This document shows, in pieces, positions 18,839 through 28,447 of a stretch of 46,341 bases of DNA; position 1 is the first letter of the stretch, and each line of letters opens with the position of its first letter. The stretch lies in contig JADFVG010000057.1 in assembly GCA_015222405.1 (NCBI GenBank), positions 1-46,341 of the forward strand, given 5' to 3'. The DNA comes from Chloroflexota bacterium (lineage in GTDB: Bacteria; Chloroflexota; Dehalococcoidia; E44-bin15). The translations under genes were made by a program, and so were the position numbers. A model generated the notes under the pieces. The model was not told where the DNA came from. It did no database searches and saw only the letters and a program-made list of their open reading frames with translations.

Positions 18839-19873
18839 TTAGCTGCCCTCCTTCAATCTGTTGTAGGCTTCTACTGGACTGGCTATCTCTGCCAGGCAGG
18901 CGCCGATGCACCGACCACAGCCGACGCAGCCTAGCTTGCCATATCTCTTTAGCATATAGTTCCCCTTGCGAAAGTAGCGGTGCCTCAGCCTGCTAGTACG
19001 ATCCTCCCTGAAATTCTCCCCAGTGGCTACCTTGGCAAAGCCCTGGAGCATACAGCTATCCCACTGCCTGAAGCGCCAGCCACCAGTGAGATTAAGCTCC
19101 ACATCATCTTGGACATCGAAGCAGACACAGGTGGGACACACCATGGTGCAGGAGCCACAGCTTAAGCATTTGGCGGCTAGTTCTTCCCAGAGCGGGTGGT
19201 CGTAGTTCCTCTCCAGGAGTTCAGGGATCTCCTCCACCGCTGCCTTGATGGAGAGCTTATATTTGGCCAAGGCCTCCTCCCGCACTGCCTTTCGTTGAGC
19301 TAGGTCTGCCTCAGTGGCCTGCCTGGTGCGGGCATGCTTTTTCAGCAGCTCCTCGCCCTTCTCGGAACCGATAGCCACCACATACTGCTCGCCGATGTCA
19401 GTGAGCATAAGGTCGAAGCCCGTTTCTGTGGTGGCAGTGCCCATACTGGGGCAAAAGGCGTTGGGGGATGGATTTCTGCAATCGACGCCCACAATTACTG
19501 TATTTCGCCTTCTCTCCATATAGTTGGCATCGGGATTAGAATCGGAGAAGACGGCGTCCATGAGCTCAATCGCCTTGATGTCGTAGGGGTGGACGCCGAG
19601 GATAATTCTGGGAGCGGCATCGATGAAAGGTTCAACTTGGATCGCTTCCCCCAGGCTAAATTTGAGCAGGGTCTCGTTGGGGGGGAGGAGGTATTTCTTG
19701 GGCGGAATTAGGGTAACATCATAATCGAGGCAAAGCTCATCATAGCTTTCAATCCTATCAAAATAAAACTTCCCGTCCTTCCTTTTGACTCCCACTACCT
19801 CAATTTCTGATAGCAGGCCGTTGACAAAGGGGGGAAGATCTTCTTTGGTGATAACCTCATACTTCATTCTCAC
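18839..19873 (-). CDS. hydB: 4Fe-4S subunit (sulfhydrogenase beta, AsrA-like)
   Basis: CLSCGSCTMVCPTCVC and CVGCGRCIGAC motifs. The gene order beta-gamma-delta-alpha matches the Pyrococcus-type group 3b operon. Confidence 0.85.
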   Translation of the reverse strand: MRMKYEVITKEDLPPFVNGLLSEIEVVGVKRKDGKFYFDRIESYDELCLDYDVTLIPPKKYLLPPNETLLKFSLGEAIQVEPFIDAAPRIILGVHPYDIKAIELMDAVFSDSNPDANYMERRRNTVIVGVDCRNPSPNAFCPSMGTATTETGFDLMLTDIGEQYVVAIGSEKGEELLKKHARTRQATEADLAQRKAVREEALAKYKLSIKAAVEEIPELLERNYDHPLWEELAAKCLSCGSCTMVCPTCVCFDVQDDVELNLTGGWRFRQWDSCMLQGFAKVATGENFREDRTSRLRHRYFRKGNYMLKRYGKLGCVGCGRCIGACLAEIASPVEAYNRLKEGS

Positions 19874-19924
19874 CTCCCGAATTGTATAAAGCTATTATCG
19901 TGGTTTTTTTCACAAAGTCAACCC

Positions 19925-21148
19925 CTAAAGAGGGGCAATTTCCCCTTCGTTCACGCAGAAAAGCGCTGTCTTAGCGAGAAAGTCAGCGGAAAAGCGGTCG
20001 AGGTCTGTCGCTGTGATGACCACCTGCTCATAGGCGGCGGTGGACTCAAGCAGATGGTGACGCCGCGCTGAGTCCAGCTCCGAGAGCATATCGTCCATGA
20101 GAAGGATGGGGTAGTCTTCTGTTTTAGAGTGCATAAATCTGGCCTCGGCCAGCTTTAGTGAGAGGGCAACGGTGCGCTGCTGCCCTCGGGAACCGAAGGC
20201 GTTCATGTCCACGCCGTGGACCAGAAATTGTAGGTCATCACGATGGGGCCCCACCAAAGACATCCCCTGAGCCATCTCCTTCTGTCGCAGGCCCCGTAGC
20301 CTCTGCTGAAAATCTAGGCACAGGGCGTCGATGCTATCCGTCTTTAGCGCCATGCTCGGCAAGTAAGCTATCCTCAATTCCTCTTTGCCCGCGGTGAGCT
20401 GGTAGTGGATGGGCTGAACGATTTGGTCGATCTCAGCTACCATTAGCCGGCGCTGCACCATGAGATAGGAGCCGGCTTGAGCAAGCTCATGATCCCAAAA
20501 ATCGAGCTCGTCTGGTTGGGAGCGGCGCTCCCCGATCAGCCTGAGGAGGCGATTTCTTTGCAGCAGGACCTTGTTATATCGCTGCCAGGAGCGCAAATAT
20601 CGGGGGTCAATCTGGCAATTGGTGAGGTCGAGGTAACGGCGGCGTAGCGAGGGGGCACCACTGACGAGTTCAATATCCTGGGAGCTGAATATCACCACGT
20701 TTAGCTGACCGACGAGGTCAATGGCGCGGCGGGGGATACCATTTATTCGTATCCGCTTTTGAACATGAGCTGTCTCCAGAGTGGAAGGGGTTTCCTCTGC
20801 GCTGGTATATGTCCCTCTGAGGGCGATCTCCACTTCAACCCTCCCCCTTCCCCTTTGCGCCTGGGCAAAAAGGCGAGCCACAGGGATTTCCTCCCTCAGG
20901 GTGGACCAGTTGAGCAGTTCCCTCTCTGTAGCTGCGCGATGAGATCTAGCCGTTGCCAGGAAGTAGATGGCCTCCAGCAGGTTGGTCTTGCCCTGAGCGT
21001 TATCGCCCACGAGCACCACCAAGTGTGGGGGCAGATCAAGCTCCAGGTGGACATAGTTGCGGAAGTTTGTCAGGCTCAGATGTTGGATATAGATGCTCCA
21101 CCTCCTGAGAAGGCTCTTCGGGAATGACGCCACCCAGGAAGATTTCAT
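19925..21148 (-). CDS. recF: DNA replication and repair protein RecF
   Basis: LSLTNFRNY, GDNAQGKTNLLEAIY (Walker A), the SMC-like signature FGSRGQQRT, and Walker B ILLMDDMLSELD. The start is uncertain: the conserved N-terminus begins about 22 codons after the track ATG and is preceded by AGGAGG, but there is no canonical start codon there. Confidence 0.9.
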   Translation of the reverse strand: MKSSWVASFPKSLLRRWSIYIQHLSLTNFRNYVHLELDLPPHLVVLVGDNAQGKTNLLEAIYFLATARSHRAATERELLNWSTLREEIPVARLFAQAQRGRGRVEVEIALRGTYTSAEETPSTLETAHVQKRIRINGIPRRAIDLVGQLNVVIFSSQDIELVSGAPSLRRRYLDLTNCQIDPRYLRSWQRYNKVLLQRNRLLRLIGERRSQPDELDFWDHELAQAGSYLMVQRRLMVAEIDQIVQPIHYQLTAGKEELRIAYLPSMALKTDSIDALCLDFQQRLRGLRQKEMAQGMSLVGPHRDDLQFLVHGVDMNAFGSRGQQRTVALSLKLAEARFMHSKTEDYPILLMDDMLSELDSARRHHLLESTAAYEQVVITATDLDRFSADFLAKTALFCVNEGEIAPL

Positions 21149-21269
21149 CGTCCTTGTTCACGCCTTTGGAGAACCCTTTTCCCCTCTTCGAGGGGAAGCT
21201 CCTCGAGCCTCGTGCCAATTTTACCACAGAACTGAGCAGAAGGATGCTTTTGTGCTCCAGTGGTTAATT

Positions 21270-21299
21270 TTGCGGCTCACCGAATTCGGTGAGCCGCAA
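21270..21299. repeat. 30-nt perfect palindrome (13-bp stem-loop centred on GAATTC) between hdrA and recF
   Basis: TTGCGGCTCACCGAATTCGGTGAGCCGCAA is its own reverse complement. No U-tract follows on either strand, so any terminator function is unproven. Confidence 0.5.
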
Positions 21300-21373
21300 C
21301 TTCAAATACTTCTCGGGCAAGAGCAAGATAAGACAAGGCCGTCCCTCTCCATCACGGAGTTACTATCGGGGGC

Positions 21374-23353
21374 TTATACCAGCACCCCTTCCAACTCAGC
21401 CATGATCTGCTCCGTGGTGAAGTGCCTCTGAGTAATGGCCTCACTGGGACAGGCGGCAACGCAGGTGCCACAGCCTTTACATAGGGCCTCATTGATGCGA
21501 GAGACCTTCTTCTCCTCATCGAAGGAAATAGCGTTGAATGGGCAGAGGGAAATGCAGGTCTTGCAGCCGGAGCATTGCTCTTCATCGACGACGGCAGTAA
21601 TACCCTCAAGCTCCACCTTGCCCTTAGAGATCATCGCCAGGACCCGCGCTGCTCCTGCTGAGGCCTGGGCCACGGTATCAGGGATGTCCTTGGGCCCCTG
21701 GCAACAACCTACCACTTGAATTCCGTCGGTCATTGTGGCCACTGGGTCCAGCTTGGGATGCCGCTCCAAGAAGAAGCCATCAGCACTGCGGCTTATAGAG
21801 AAAAGCCTCGCCACTTGCTCAGCATCGGAGCGTGCCTCGATGGCAGTGGCCAGGATAACTATATCCACGGGGACCCTTATCACAGAGCCAAGCAATGTGT
21901 CCTCAACGACGAGGATCAGCTTGCCTTTTTCTTCCTCGTTAATCGCCTGATCGGTAACCTCGCTCACCTTGCCGCGAACGAACTTAACCCCTTCCTCGGC
22001 GATGCGCTGGTAGAATTCTTCGTATGCCTTTCCAAAACAGCGCATATCAATATACATCTGGTATACTTCGGCATCGGTTTTTTCCTTTATCAGGTGAGCG
22101 AATTTGAGGGCATACATGCAACACACCCGCGAGCAGTAGGCGTGATAGTGCTCATCGCGGCTGCCCACGCAGTGGATAATGGCAATGCTCTCCGGGGCTG
22201 ACCCGCCCTTGAGAACGATGTTGCCCCCTGTGGGACCGGTGGCGTTACACATCCGCTCAAACTCGATGCCGGTGATCACATTATCGTAACGGCCGTAGCC
22301 GTATTGAATGATAGGCGAAGGGTCGAAGACATCATAGCCTGTAGCGACGATGATGTTGCCCACTTCCAACTCTATGTATTGATCCTTCTGCTCGAAATCG
22401 ATCGCCTTAGCCTCGCAGAACTTCTCGCAGGCGCGACATTTGCCTGTCTTGAAGTAGACGCACGTTTCGGTGTCGATAACGGGGATATTGGGAACTGCCT
22501 GAGGGAAGGGAATATAAATCGCCTTCCTTTCGCCTATCCCGGCATCGAACTCGCTTGGTGCCTTCCACGGGCATTTCTCCTGGCAAACACCACAGCTAGT
22601 GCACTTCTTCTCATCCACATAACGGGCCTTTTTCCTGACCCTGACCTTGAAATTGCCCACATAACCGGAGACCTCCTCCACCTCGCTATAGGACATGAGT
22701 TCGATGTCGGGGTGGGAGCCTACATCACTCATCTTAGGGGTCATGATGCAGGCGGAGCAGTCAAGGGTGGGGAAGGTCTTGTCCAGCTGTATCATGTGCC
22801 CACCTATCGAGGGCTCTCTCTCCACAAGGTAGACCTTGTTGCCGGAATTGGCAATCTCCAGCGCTGCCTGAATGCCAGCGATACCCCCGCCCACAATCAG
22901 GGTGTTGGGATTGACAGGGATCTCTGGGATCTCTAAGGCCTCTTGGTAGAAGACCCTCCTCACCGCGGCATTGATCAATGCCTTTGCCTTCTCGGTAGCC
23001 TCTTTGCCGTTCTCCGTCACCCAGGAGCAGTGCTCCCGAATATTTGCCATCTGGAACAGATAGCGGTTGAGCCCTGCTTCCTCGCAGACTCTCCTGAATG
23101 TGGCCTCGTGCATCAGCGGTGAGCACGAGGCGACAACAACCCGGTTAAGCCCCAGTTCCCTGATATCCTGCTTGATAAGGTCCTGGCCGGGGTCAGAGCA
23201 CATAAACCTGTAGTCCTTGGCCACCACCACTGAGTCCAGGCTACGGGCATAGGAGGTTACCGTGTCAATATCAACTGTAGCTGAAATGTTGGTTCCACAG
23301 TGGCAGACATAAACCCCAATTCTAGGTTTGTCCTCCATATTAAAAACCTCCAT
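21374..23353 (-). CDS. hdrA: heterodisulfide reductase subunit A-like flavoprotein (HdrA)
   Basis: 659 aa. N-terminal Cys cluster (VCHCGTN), FAD fold IVGGGIAGIQAALE, internal CTSCGVCQEKCP and C..CRACEKFC, and two C-terminal ferredoxin motifs (CSGCKTCISLCP, CKGCGTCVAACP). Confidence 0.9.
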   Translation of the reverse strand: MEVFNMEDKPRIGVYVCHCGTNISATVDIDTVTSYARSLDSVVVAKDYRFMCSDPGQDLIKQDIRELGLNRVVVASCSPLMHEATFRRVCEEAGLNRYLFQMANIREHCSWVTENGKEATEKAKALINAAVRRVFYQEALEIPEIPVNPNTLIVGGGIAGIQAALEIANSGNKVYLVEREPSIGGHMIQLDKTFPTLDCSACIMTPKMSDVGSHPDIELMSYSEVEEVSGYVGNFKVRVRKKARYVDEKKCTSCGVCQEKCPWKAPSEFDAGIGERKAIYIPFPQAVPNIPVIDTETCVYFKTGKCRACEKFCEAKAIDFEQKDQYIELEVGNIIVATGYDVFDPSPIIQYGYGRYDNVITGIEFERMCNATGPTGGNIVLKGGSAPESIAIIHCVGSRDEHYHAYCSRVCCMYALKFAHLIKEKTDAEVYQMYIDMRCFGKAYEEFYQRIAEEGVKFVRGKVSEVTDQAINEEEKGKLILVVEDTLLGSVIRVPVDIVILATAIEARSDAEQVARLFSISRSADGFFLERHPKLDPVATMTDGIQVVGCCQGPKDIPDTVAQASAGAARVLAMISKGKVELEGITAVVDEEQCSGCKTCISLCPFNAISFDEEKKVSRINEALCKGCGTCVAACPSEAITQRHFTTEQIMAELEGVLV

Positions 23354-23361
23354 TGTATTTG

Positions 23362-24510
23362 CTACATTGCCTCTTCAACTAATTGTGCAATGTCCTTGAG
23401 TTCAAGAGCGTCACCCCACTCTGGGGACAATAGGCTGTCTTGAAAGTTGAGCATACAGTAGGGACAGGCAACAGCCAATACATTGGCTTCCACCTCAATT
23501 GCCTGCGCAATCCTGAGGTCAGACCATCTTTCGCCCTTTTTGGTTTCCATCCAGAACCTCCCCGCACAACCACCGCAACATAAGGCATGTTCGCGATTTT
23601 CCCGCATCTCAACCAGCTCTAAGCCGGGGATGCTCTCTAGGACCTGCCGGGGCTCATCATACAGACCCGCATAACGTCCTAAACAGCAGGAATCATGATA
23701 AGTAACCTTTTTATTCAATTTTTTAGTGAACTCTAGTTTTCCCTCTCTAAGAAGCTCGGATAGATATTGAACAAAATGGATCACCTCAAAATCGCCTCCG
23801 AACTCGGGGTATTCCTCCGTGAAAGTGTGGTAGCAGTGAGGAGAAGTGACAACAATCTTTCTAACGCCGGCTTCGGCAAAAGCACTAATATTAGATTGGA
23901 CCAGGTTTTGGAATATGCTCTCGCTACCTGCCTTGCGCATACTCTCGCCACAACAGCTTACCTCGGCACCTAGCATCCCAAAATCTACACCCGCTTTTTT
24001 CATGATATTGACCGCAGCTCGGGCAACTCTTTTACCGAAGGGGTCATATATTTGATAGCAGCAGGGGAAGTATAATATCTCAGTCCCCTTGGTAAAGGTC
24101 TTAACCCCGAGCTCTTTCACCCAATCCGTTCGCTTCTCCCGTTCCTCTCCCAACGGATTACCTACGCCGGAAGTGTTTTTCATCGAAAGCCGGAGTGCAT
24201 CAGGGGTTATACCTGCACCAACTTCCACGATAACCCGGCGTAAAGCTCTCATAATGTCCATTACCCGTACACCACGGGGACAACGGTCAACACAGAGTTT
24301 GCAGCTAACACACCTCCATACCTCGTCATGCTCGAAGTCAACTAGACCCAGTTGTGCCTGGTGTATCAGTTTGCGGGGGGTAAAACTTGTTACCCGGTTC
24401 CAAGGACAGACAGCGGTGCAAAGACCACATTGATAGCATAATTTTAGGGCTTCACCGCCCTCTTCTTCTATAATCTGCGCTGCTTCTTTATAAGGGGCTA
24501 ACGTTGCCAT
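23362..24510 (-). CDS. HdrD-like Fe-S protein (fused HdrC-type dicluster plus two CCG domains)
   Basis: CYQCGLCTAVCP and CVSCKLCVDRCP, then CCG-domain cysteines (FPCCY, SCCGES, DSCCLG, LCCGGCAG, CPYC). Ends 9 nt before hdrA. Confidence 0.85.
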   Translation of the reverse strand: MATLAPYKEAAQIIEEEGGEALKLCYQCGLCTAVCPWNRVTSFTPRKLIHQAQLGLVDFEHDEVWRCVSCKLCVDRCPRGVRVMDIMRALRRVIVEVGAGITPDALRLSMKNTSGVGNPLGEEREKRTDWVKELGVKTFTKGTEILYFPCCYQIYDPFGKRVARAAVNIMKKAGVDFGMLGAEVSCCGESMRKAGSESIFQNLVQSNISAFAEAGVRKIVVTSPHCYHTFTEEYPEFGGDFEVIHFVQYLSELLREGKLEFTKKLNKKVTYHDSCCLGRYAGLYDEPRQVLESIPGLELVEMRENREHALCCGGCAGRFWMETKKGERWSDLRIAQAIEVEANVLAVACPYCMLNFQDSLLSPEWGDALELKDIAQLVEEAM

Positions 24511-24654
24511 AAAATTTGACCTCCTGCTTCATAACATTCTCCTACCTTGAAAAGCTCGAAAGGGCTTTCCGTTCCTAAATCCAAATTATAGCCGATTTCG
24601 TCTAATTCTTGCAAGTAGGCACATCAATGTCTGTAATGTCTGTAATGTAACCCC

Positions 24655-24683
24655 TTGACAAAATCAACTTTTGTATATATTAT
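24655..24683 (+). promoter_or_regulatory. sigma70-type promoter candidate P1 upstream of the liv-type operon
   Basis: TTGACA (24655-24660), 17-nt spacer, TATTAT (24678-24683). Confidence 0.45.
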
Positions 24684-24724
24684 TCTGCACCAGTAGGCAC
24701 ATTGACGTAGGCAGGGTAAGTCCC

Positions 24725-24753
24725 TTGACAAGAGCTGTTTTAGGAGCTAGTAT
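24725..24753 (+). promoter_or_regulatory. sigma70-type promoter candidate P2 upstream of the liv-type operon
   Basis: TTGACA (24725-24730), 17-nt spacer, TAGTAT (24748-24753), about 25 nt before ATG 24779. Confidence 0.45.
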
Positions 24754-24778
24754 CTACGGTATAAGCGGATAGGAAAGT

Positions 24779-25555
24779 ATGGCTCTTCTTGAAGTTCGGA
24801 ATCTTACCAAGCATTTTGGCGGCCTAGCCGCAGTTGATGATTTCAGCTTTGATGTCCGCGAAGGAGAAATCCTGGGCCTCATCGGGCCTAATGGTGCGGG
24901 CAAGACCACCGTGTTCAATTGTATAAGCGGCTATTTCCCACCCACCTCGGGTAAAGTGTTCTTCAAAGGCGAAGACGTAACCGGCCTAGCGCCACACAAG
25001 ATAGCCAAAAAAGGGATCAGCCGCACCTTCCAGATCACCTCTTTATTTGATTATTTCCCCGCCGTGGCAAATGTCATCACCGCATTCCACCTGCAGGTCA
25101 AGGCCAGCGTTCTGCACACCTTCTTTAACACTTCACGGTACCGGCAACAAGAGGCTGAGTTCATGGAAAAGGCGATGGAGCTAATGAGGATGCTGGGTTT
25201 AGAAGAAATCGCGCTGGAAAATACGGGGGGGCTTCCTCACGGTCATAAGCGGGGCCTTGGCGTGGCCGTAGCCTTGGCTTGTCAACCAAAGTTACTGCTG
25301 CTGGATGAGCCGGTTACCGGCATGAACCCGGAGGAGGTCCGAGTTCAACAGGACAGGATTAGGAAGATACGGGACGAGCTGGGAGTGCCCATGGTGCTGG
25401 TGGAGCATAATATGAGGGCTGTCATGGCCGTCTGTGATCGGATTGTGGCTGTCAACTTCGGCAAGCAGATTGCCGAGGGTAGCCCTGAAGAAATCCGAGA
25501 CAACCGGGATGTTATTGAAGCCTACCTGGGGAGTCAGGAGGATTATGCTACTTGA
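24779..25555 (+). CDS. livG: branched-chain amino acid ABC transporter ATP-binding protein (LivG type)
   Basis: Walker [10 protein letters not shown], signature-like region, Walker B LLLLDEP, and the LivG-type C-terminal extension. Confidence 0.9.
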   Translation: MALLEVRNLTKHFGGLAAVDDFSFDVREGEILGLIGPNGAGKTTVFNCISGYFPPTSGKVFFKGEDVTGLAPHKIAKKGISRTFQITSLFDYFPAVANVITAFHLQVKASVLHTFFNTSRYRQQEAEFMEKAMELMRMLGLEEIALENTGGLPHGHKRGLGVAVALACQPKLLLLDEPVTGMNPEEVRVQQDRIRKIRDELGVPMVLVEHNMRAVMAVCDRIVAVNFGKQIAEGSPEEIRDNRDVIEAYLGSQEDYAT

Positions 25556-26252
25556 AGTTAAAGACCTGTGGGTACACTATGGGGGTGCCGAGGCGGTAAG
25601 GGGAACCTCGTTTGAGGTTGGTGAAGGGGAGATTGTGGCCCTCGTCGGTGCCAATGGCGCGGGCAAGACTACTATTTTGAGAACCATCTCCGGGGTGAAA
25701 CACGCAACCTCAGGGGAGATCCGGTTCCTGGGCCAGATGATTGGTAGGAAGGGGCCTTCAGAGATCGTCAGCATGGGGATCAGTCACTGTCCTGAGGGGA
25801 GGAGGGTTTTCATGATGTTGAGCGTAAAAGAGAACCTCCAGGTCGGCGCTCATATTCGCAAGGACAAGGCTGAGATAAAGAGGGATATGGAAGCGCTTTA
25901 TGAAAGCTTCCCGGTATTAAGAGAGAGGTCGAAGCAGGACGCAATGACTCTAAGCGGTGGCGAGCAACAGATGCTGGCTATAGCTCGGGCCCTGATGTCC
26001 AGGCCAAAATTGCTTTTACTGGATGAGCCATCGCTGGGTCTATCGCCGATAATGGTGCAAGAGGTGGCTCGCATCATCACCAATATCCACCGCACAGGGG
26101 TCAGTGTTCTCCTGGTGGAGCAGAATTCGGTAATGGCTCTCAACTTAGCCGACCGAGGATACGTGTTGGAGACCGGCACGGTCAAGCTTGAGGGCGCGGG
26201 CAAAGAGCTTTTACACAACGAGGAAGTGAGAAAGGCCTTCTTGGGGGGCTGA
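25545..26252 (+). CDS. livF: branched-chain amino acid ABC transporter ATP-binding protein (LivF type)
   Basis: GANGAGKTT, LSGGEQQML, LLLLDEPSLGL. I moved the start to ATG 25545 (GGAGG 5 nt upstream; it overlaps the livG stop), instead of the track start at 25434 inside livG. Confidence 0.9.
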   Translation: MLLEVKDLWVHYGGAEAVRGTSFEVGEGEIVALVGANGAGKTTILRTISGVKHATSGEIRFLGQMIGRKGPSEIVSMGISHCPEGRRVFMMLSVKENLQVGAHIRKDKAEIKRDMEALYESFPVLRERSKQDAMTLSGGEQQMLAIARALMSRPKLLLLDEPSLGLSPIMVQEVARIITNIHRTGVSVLLVEQNSVMALNLADRGYVLETGTVKLEGAGKELLHNEEVRKAFLGG

Positions 26253-26255
26253 AGA

Positions 26256-27140
26256 ATGGACGTAACGCTAGCTGCCCAGTCCTTTTTGAATGGGGTGCTG
26301 CTTGGAGGACTCATAGCGCTGGTTGCTGTGGGATTCTACCTCGTCCTCGGCATTGCCCGCGTCTTCAACTTTGCTCATGGTCATGTCTTGGTGCTGGGTG
26401 GTTTTGCCACCTGGAGCTTCAGGGAGAATTGGGGCCTTAACTTCTGGATTGCCGCCCTCCTCGGCCTGGTCATCATGGGTGTGGCGGGGATAATAATGGA
26501 AAGGTTTCCCTTTCGCCGTTTCTACGGCGATTTTATTCCCATCATCGTTGTTGGCGTAGCACTATTATACTTGGCTGAGGGAGGTGTGGTTCAGGTCTGG
26601 GGTCCGGAACTTAAACATGTAGGCCCCGTTATCTCAGGGACAACCGACTTCTGGGGCATTGTCATGACCAACTGGAGGTGGCTGGTAATTGCGGTAGGTA
26701 TAGGTTCAATGGCGGGGGTGTCACTTTTCCTCGCCCGGACCAGGGTTGGCCGGGCAATGCGTGCCACGGCCGTAGATCCGGATACTGCCTACTTGCAGGG
26801 AATAAGCTCAATTGCCATGGCTAGAACTGCCATGTTCGCGGGTTGCGCTCTGGCAGCGATGGGCGGTGGGCTTATGGCCCCAATGTATGGTGTCAACATT
26901 GCCGTGGGGATGGCCTGGATGATCAAGGGCATGATGGCGATCATCCTTGGTGGCCTGGGAAGCTGGAATGGTTGCCTGGCTGCCTGCTTTATGCTCGGGA
27001 TGGCAGAAAGTTATTGTACCGTCTACATCAACCCTCAAGCCGGTTACATTGCAATGTTCCTAATGCTGGTGGTAGTAATCCTGTTCAGACCTTGGGGTCT
27101 TTTTGGCAAACCACTACGTCTCGGGATGCCTGGCGAGTAA
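26256..27140 (+). CDS. livH: branched-chain amino acid ABC transporter permease (LivH type)
   Basis: 294-aa polytopic protein with LNG..LG..Y.L.A.G..L at the N-terminus. Its position after the ATPases supports the call. Confidence 0.85.
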   Translation: MDVTLAAQSFLNGVLLGGLIALVAVGFYLVLGIARVFNFAHGHVLVLGGFATWSFRENWGLNFWIAALLGLVIMGVAGIIMERFPFRRFYGDFIPIIVVGVALLYLAEGGVVQVWGPELKHVGPVISGTTDFWGIVMTNWRWLVIAVGIGSMAGVSLFLARTRVGRAMRATAVDPDTAYLQGISSIAMARTAMFAGCALAAMGGGLMAPMYGVNIAVGMAWMIKGMMAIILGGLGSWNGCLAACFMLGMAESYCTVYINPQAGYIAMFLMLVVVILFRPWGLFGKPLRLGMPGE

Positions 27141-27178
27141 GAGGTGAATGGACGAGGGGTCAGCACTAAATATGCTTT

Positions 27179-28234
27179 GTGGACCAAATTGTTAGGCAGG
27201 AGAAGATGAGCCGAAGAACGAAGATAATAATAGGAGCATCCCTTGTTGTGCTCGGACTCCTGTTTGCGTCACCGGAGCTTCTTTCCCAGTACTGGGTGAT
27301 GGTGCTAATCTCGTGCCTCATCTTCACTTGTCTTGGCTACGGGTTTCGTTTTCTCTTTCTTGCCGGGCGGCTCACCATCGGAGCTATTGCCTTCGCCGGC
27401 ATCGGGGCTTATACCGCGGCCTTACTTACCACAAAGGTGGACATACCTGTACTCACTAACCCTTGGACCGGCCTCTTCTTCGGGGCTATAATGGCAGCCC
27501 TCATTGCCATACCCATCGGCATCATTTGTCTCAAGGTTCCCGGTCTGATGTTTGCCATTCTTACCATGGCTTTCGTCGAGCTCTTTCGCTATGTGTTGAT
27601 AATGTGGAGTTCATTAACAAACGGCATCGGCGGAGTTCTTGATATCCCAGCCTTCTCGTTTCCGGGATATGGGAGTTTTGGTATCGATCGGACCCCTTAC
27701 TTATATTTGATTATAATCATCGCCGCAGTTACGATGTTTGTTATGTATCGCATAGAGCGTACTCGAGTGGGTTTGTCCATGCTCTCTATGGCCCAGAACA
27801 ATGAATTGGCCCGACATTTGGGGATGGATACCTTCAAGTATAGACTGGTAATCTTCGCTATAGTTGGCCTTTTTGCTGGGCTGGTTGGTGGTTTCCAGGC
27901 TCACTACTGGCACTATGTTTCTCCAATGGAGTATCAGCTCCTAAGTTCGCTACTTATTATGATTTGTCCTGTTGTTGGCGGCCTGATGTCGCCTGTTGGG
28001 CCCATCGTTGGTGCTTTCACGCTAATCGGTCTTACTGAGGGTTTACGCGTGTTCCAGGAGTGGGCTGGTCTCTTTTTCGGCGGCATTTTACTTTTCGTGG
28101 TCTTTGTGCTGCCTGGAGGGCTGGTGACTTTGCCACGGGCGATTTACAATACGCCCCAAGCCATTATGAATTCGCCCCAGTGGGCCAGAATGCAGTGGGG
28201 GAGAATACGAGACAAATTTGCCCCCATCTCTTGA
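27179..28234 (+). CDS. livM: branched-chain amino acid ABC transporter permease (LivM type)
   Basis: Polytopic membrane protein following livH. An alternative start at ATG 27206 (GGAG just upstream) is at least as likely as the track start. Confidence 0.85.
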   Translation: MDQIVRQEKMSRRTKIIIGASLVVLGLLFASPELLSQYWVMVLISCLIFTCLGYGFRFLFLAGRLTIGAIAFAGIGAYTAALLTTKVDIPVLTNPWTGLFFGAIMAALIAIPIGIICLKVPGLMFAILTMAFVELFRYVLIMWSSLTNGIGGVLDIPAFSFPGYGSFGIDRTPYLYLIIIIAAVTMFVMYRIERTRVGLSMLSMAQNNELARHLGMDTFKYRLVIFAIVGLFAGLVGGFQAHYWHYVSPMEYQLLSSLLIMICPVVGGLMSPVGPIVGAFTLIGLTEGLRVFQEWAGLFFGGILLFVVFVLPGGLVTLPRAIYNTPQAIMNSPQWARMQWGRIRDKFAPIS

Positions 28235-28306
28235 GACCAGATGCTTTTGATATATAGGCGGTTGTTTGCTGTCATTCATGACGAGGCAAATAGAAAGGAG
28301 TCTTAG

Positions 28307-28447
28307 ATGGAAGCCTATTGCATGAAGTGCCGGGCAAAGAGAGAGATCAAGAACCCAAGATCCATCACCTTGAAGAATGGGCGTCCTGCTACTCAGGGCG
28401 TATGTCCTACCTGTGGCACAAAGGTATTCCGCATAGGTAAGGGCTAG
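28307..28447 (+). CDS. 46-aa zinc-ribbon protein (DUF5679-like), below the ORF-track size cut-off
   Basis: AAAGGAG lies 6 nt before ATG 28307. Peptide MEAYCMKCRAKREIKNPRSITLKNGRPATQGVCPTCGTKVFRIGKG has a CxxC...CxxC ribbon. From memory it matches the small conserved DUF5679 family. Confidence 0.75.
   Translation: MEAYCMKCRAKREIKNPRSITLKNGRPATQGVCPTCGTKVFRIGKG

Noticed and set aside
21270-21299. Calling the 30-nt palindrome a rho-independent terminator
   Set aside because: No U-tract follows the hairpin on either strand. It is reported only as a stem-loop or palindrome.
25434-25544. N-terminal extension of livF given by the ORF track
   Set aside because: It lies inside the livG coding region. 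A GGAGG-preceded ATG at 25545 gives the canonical ABC ATPase N-terminus.
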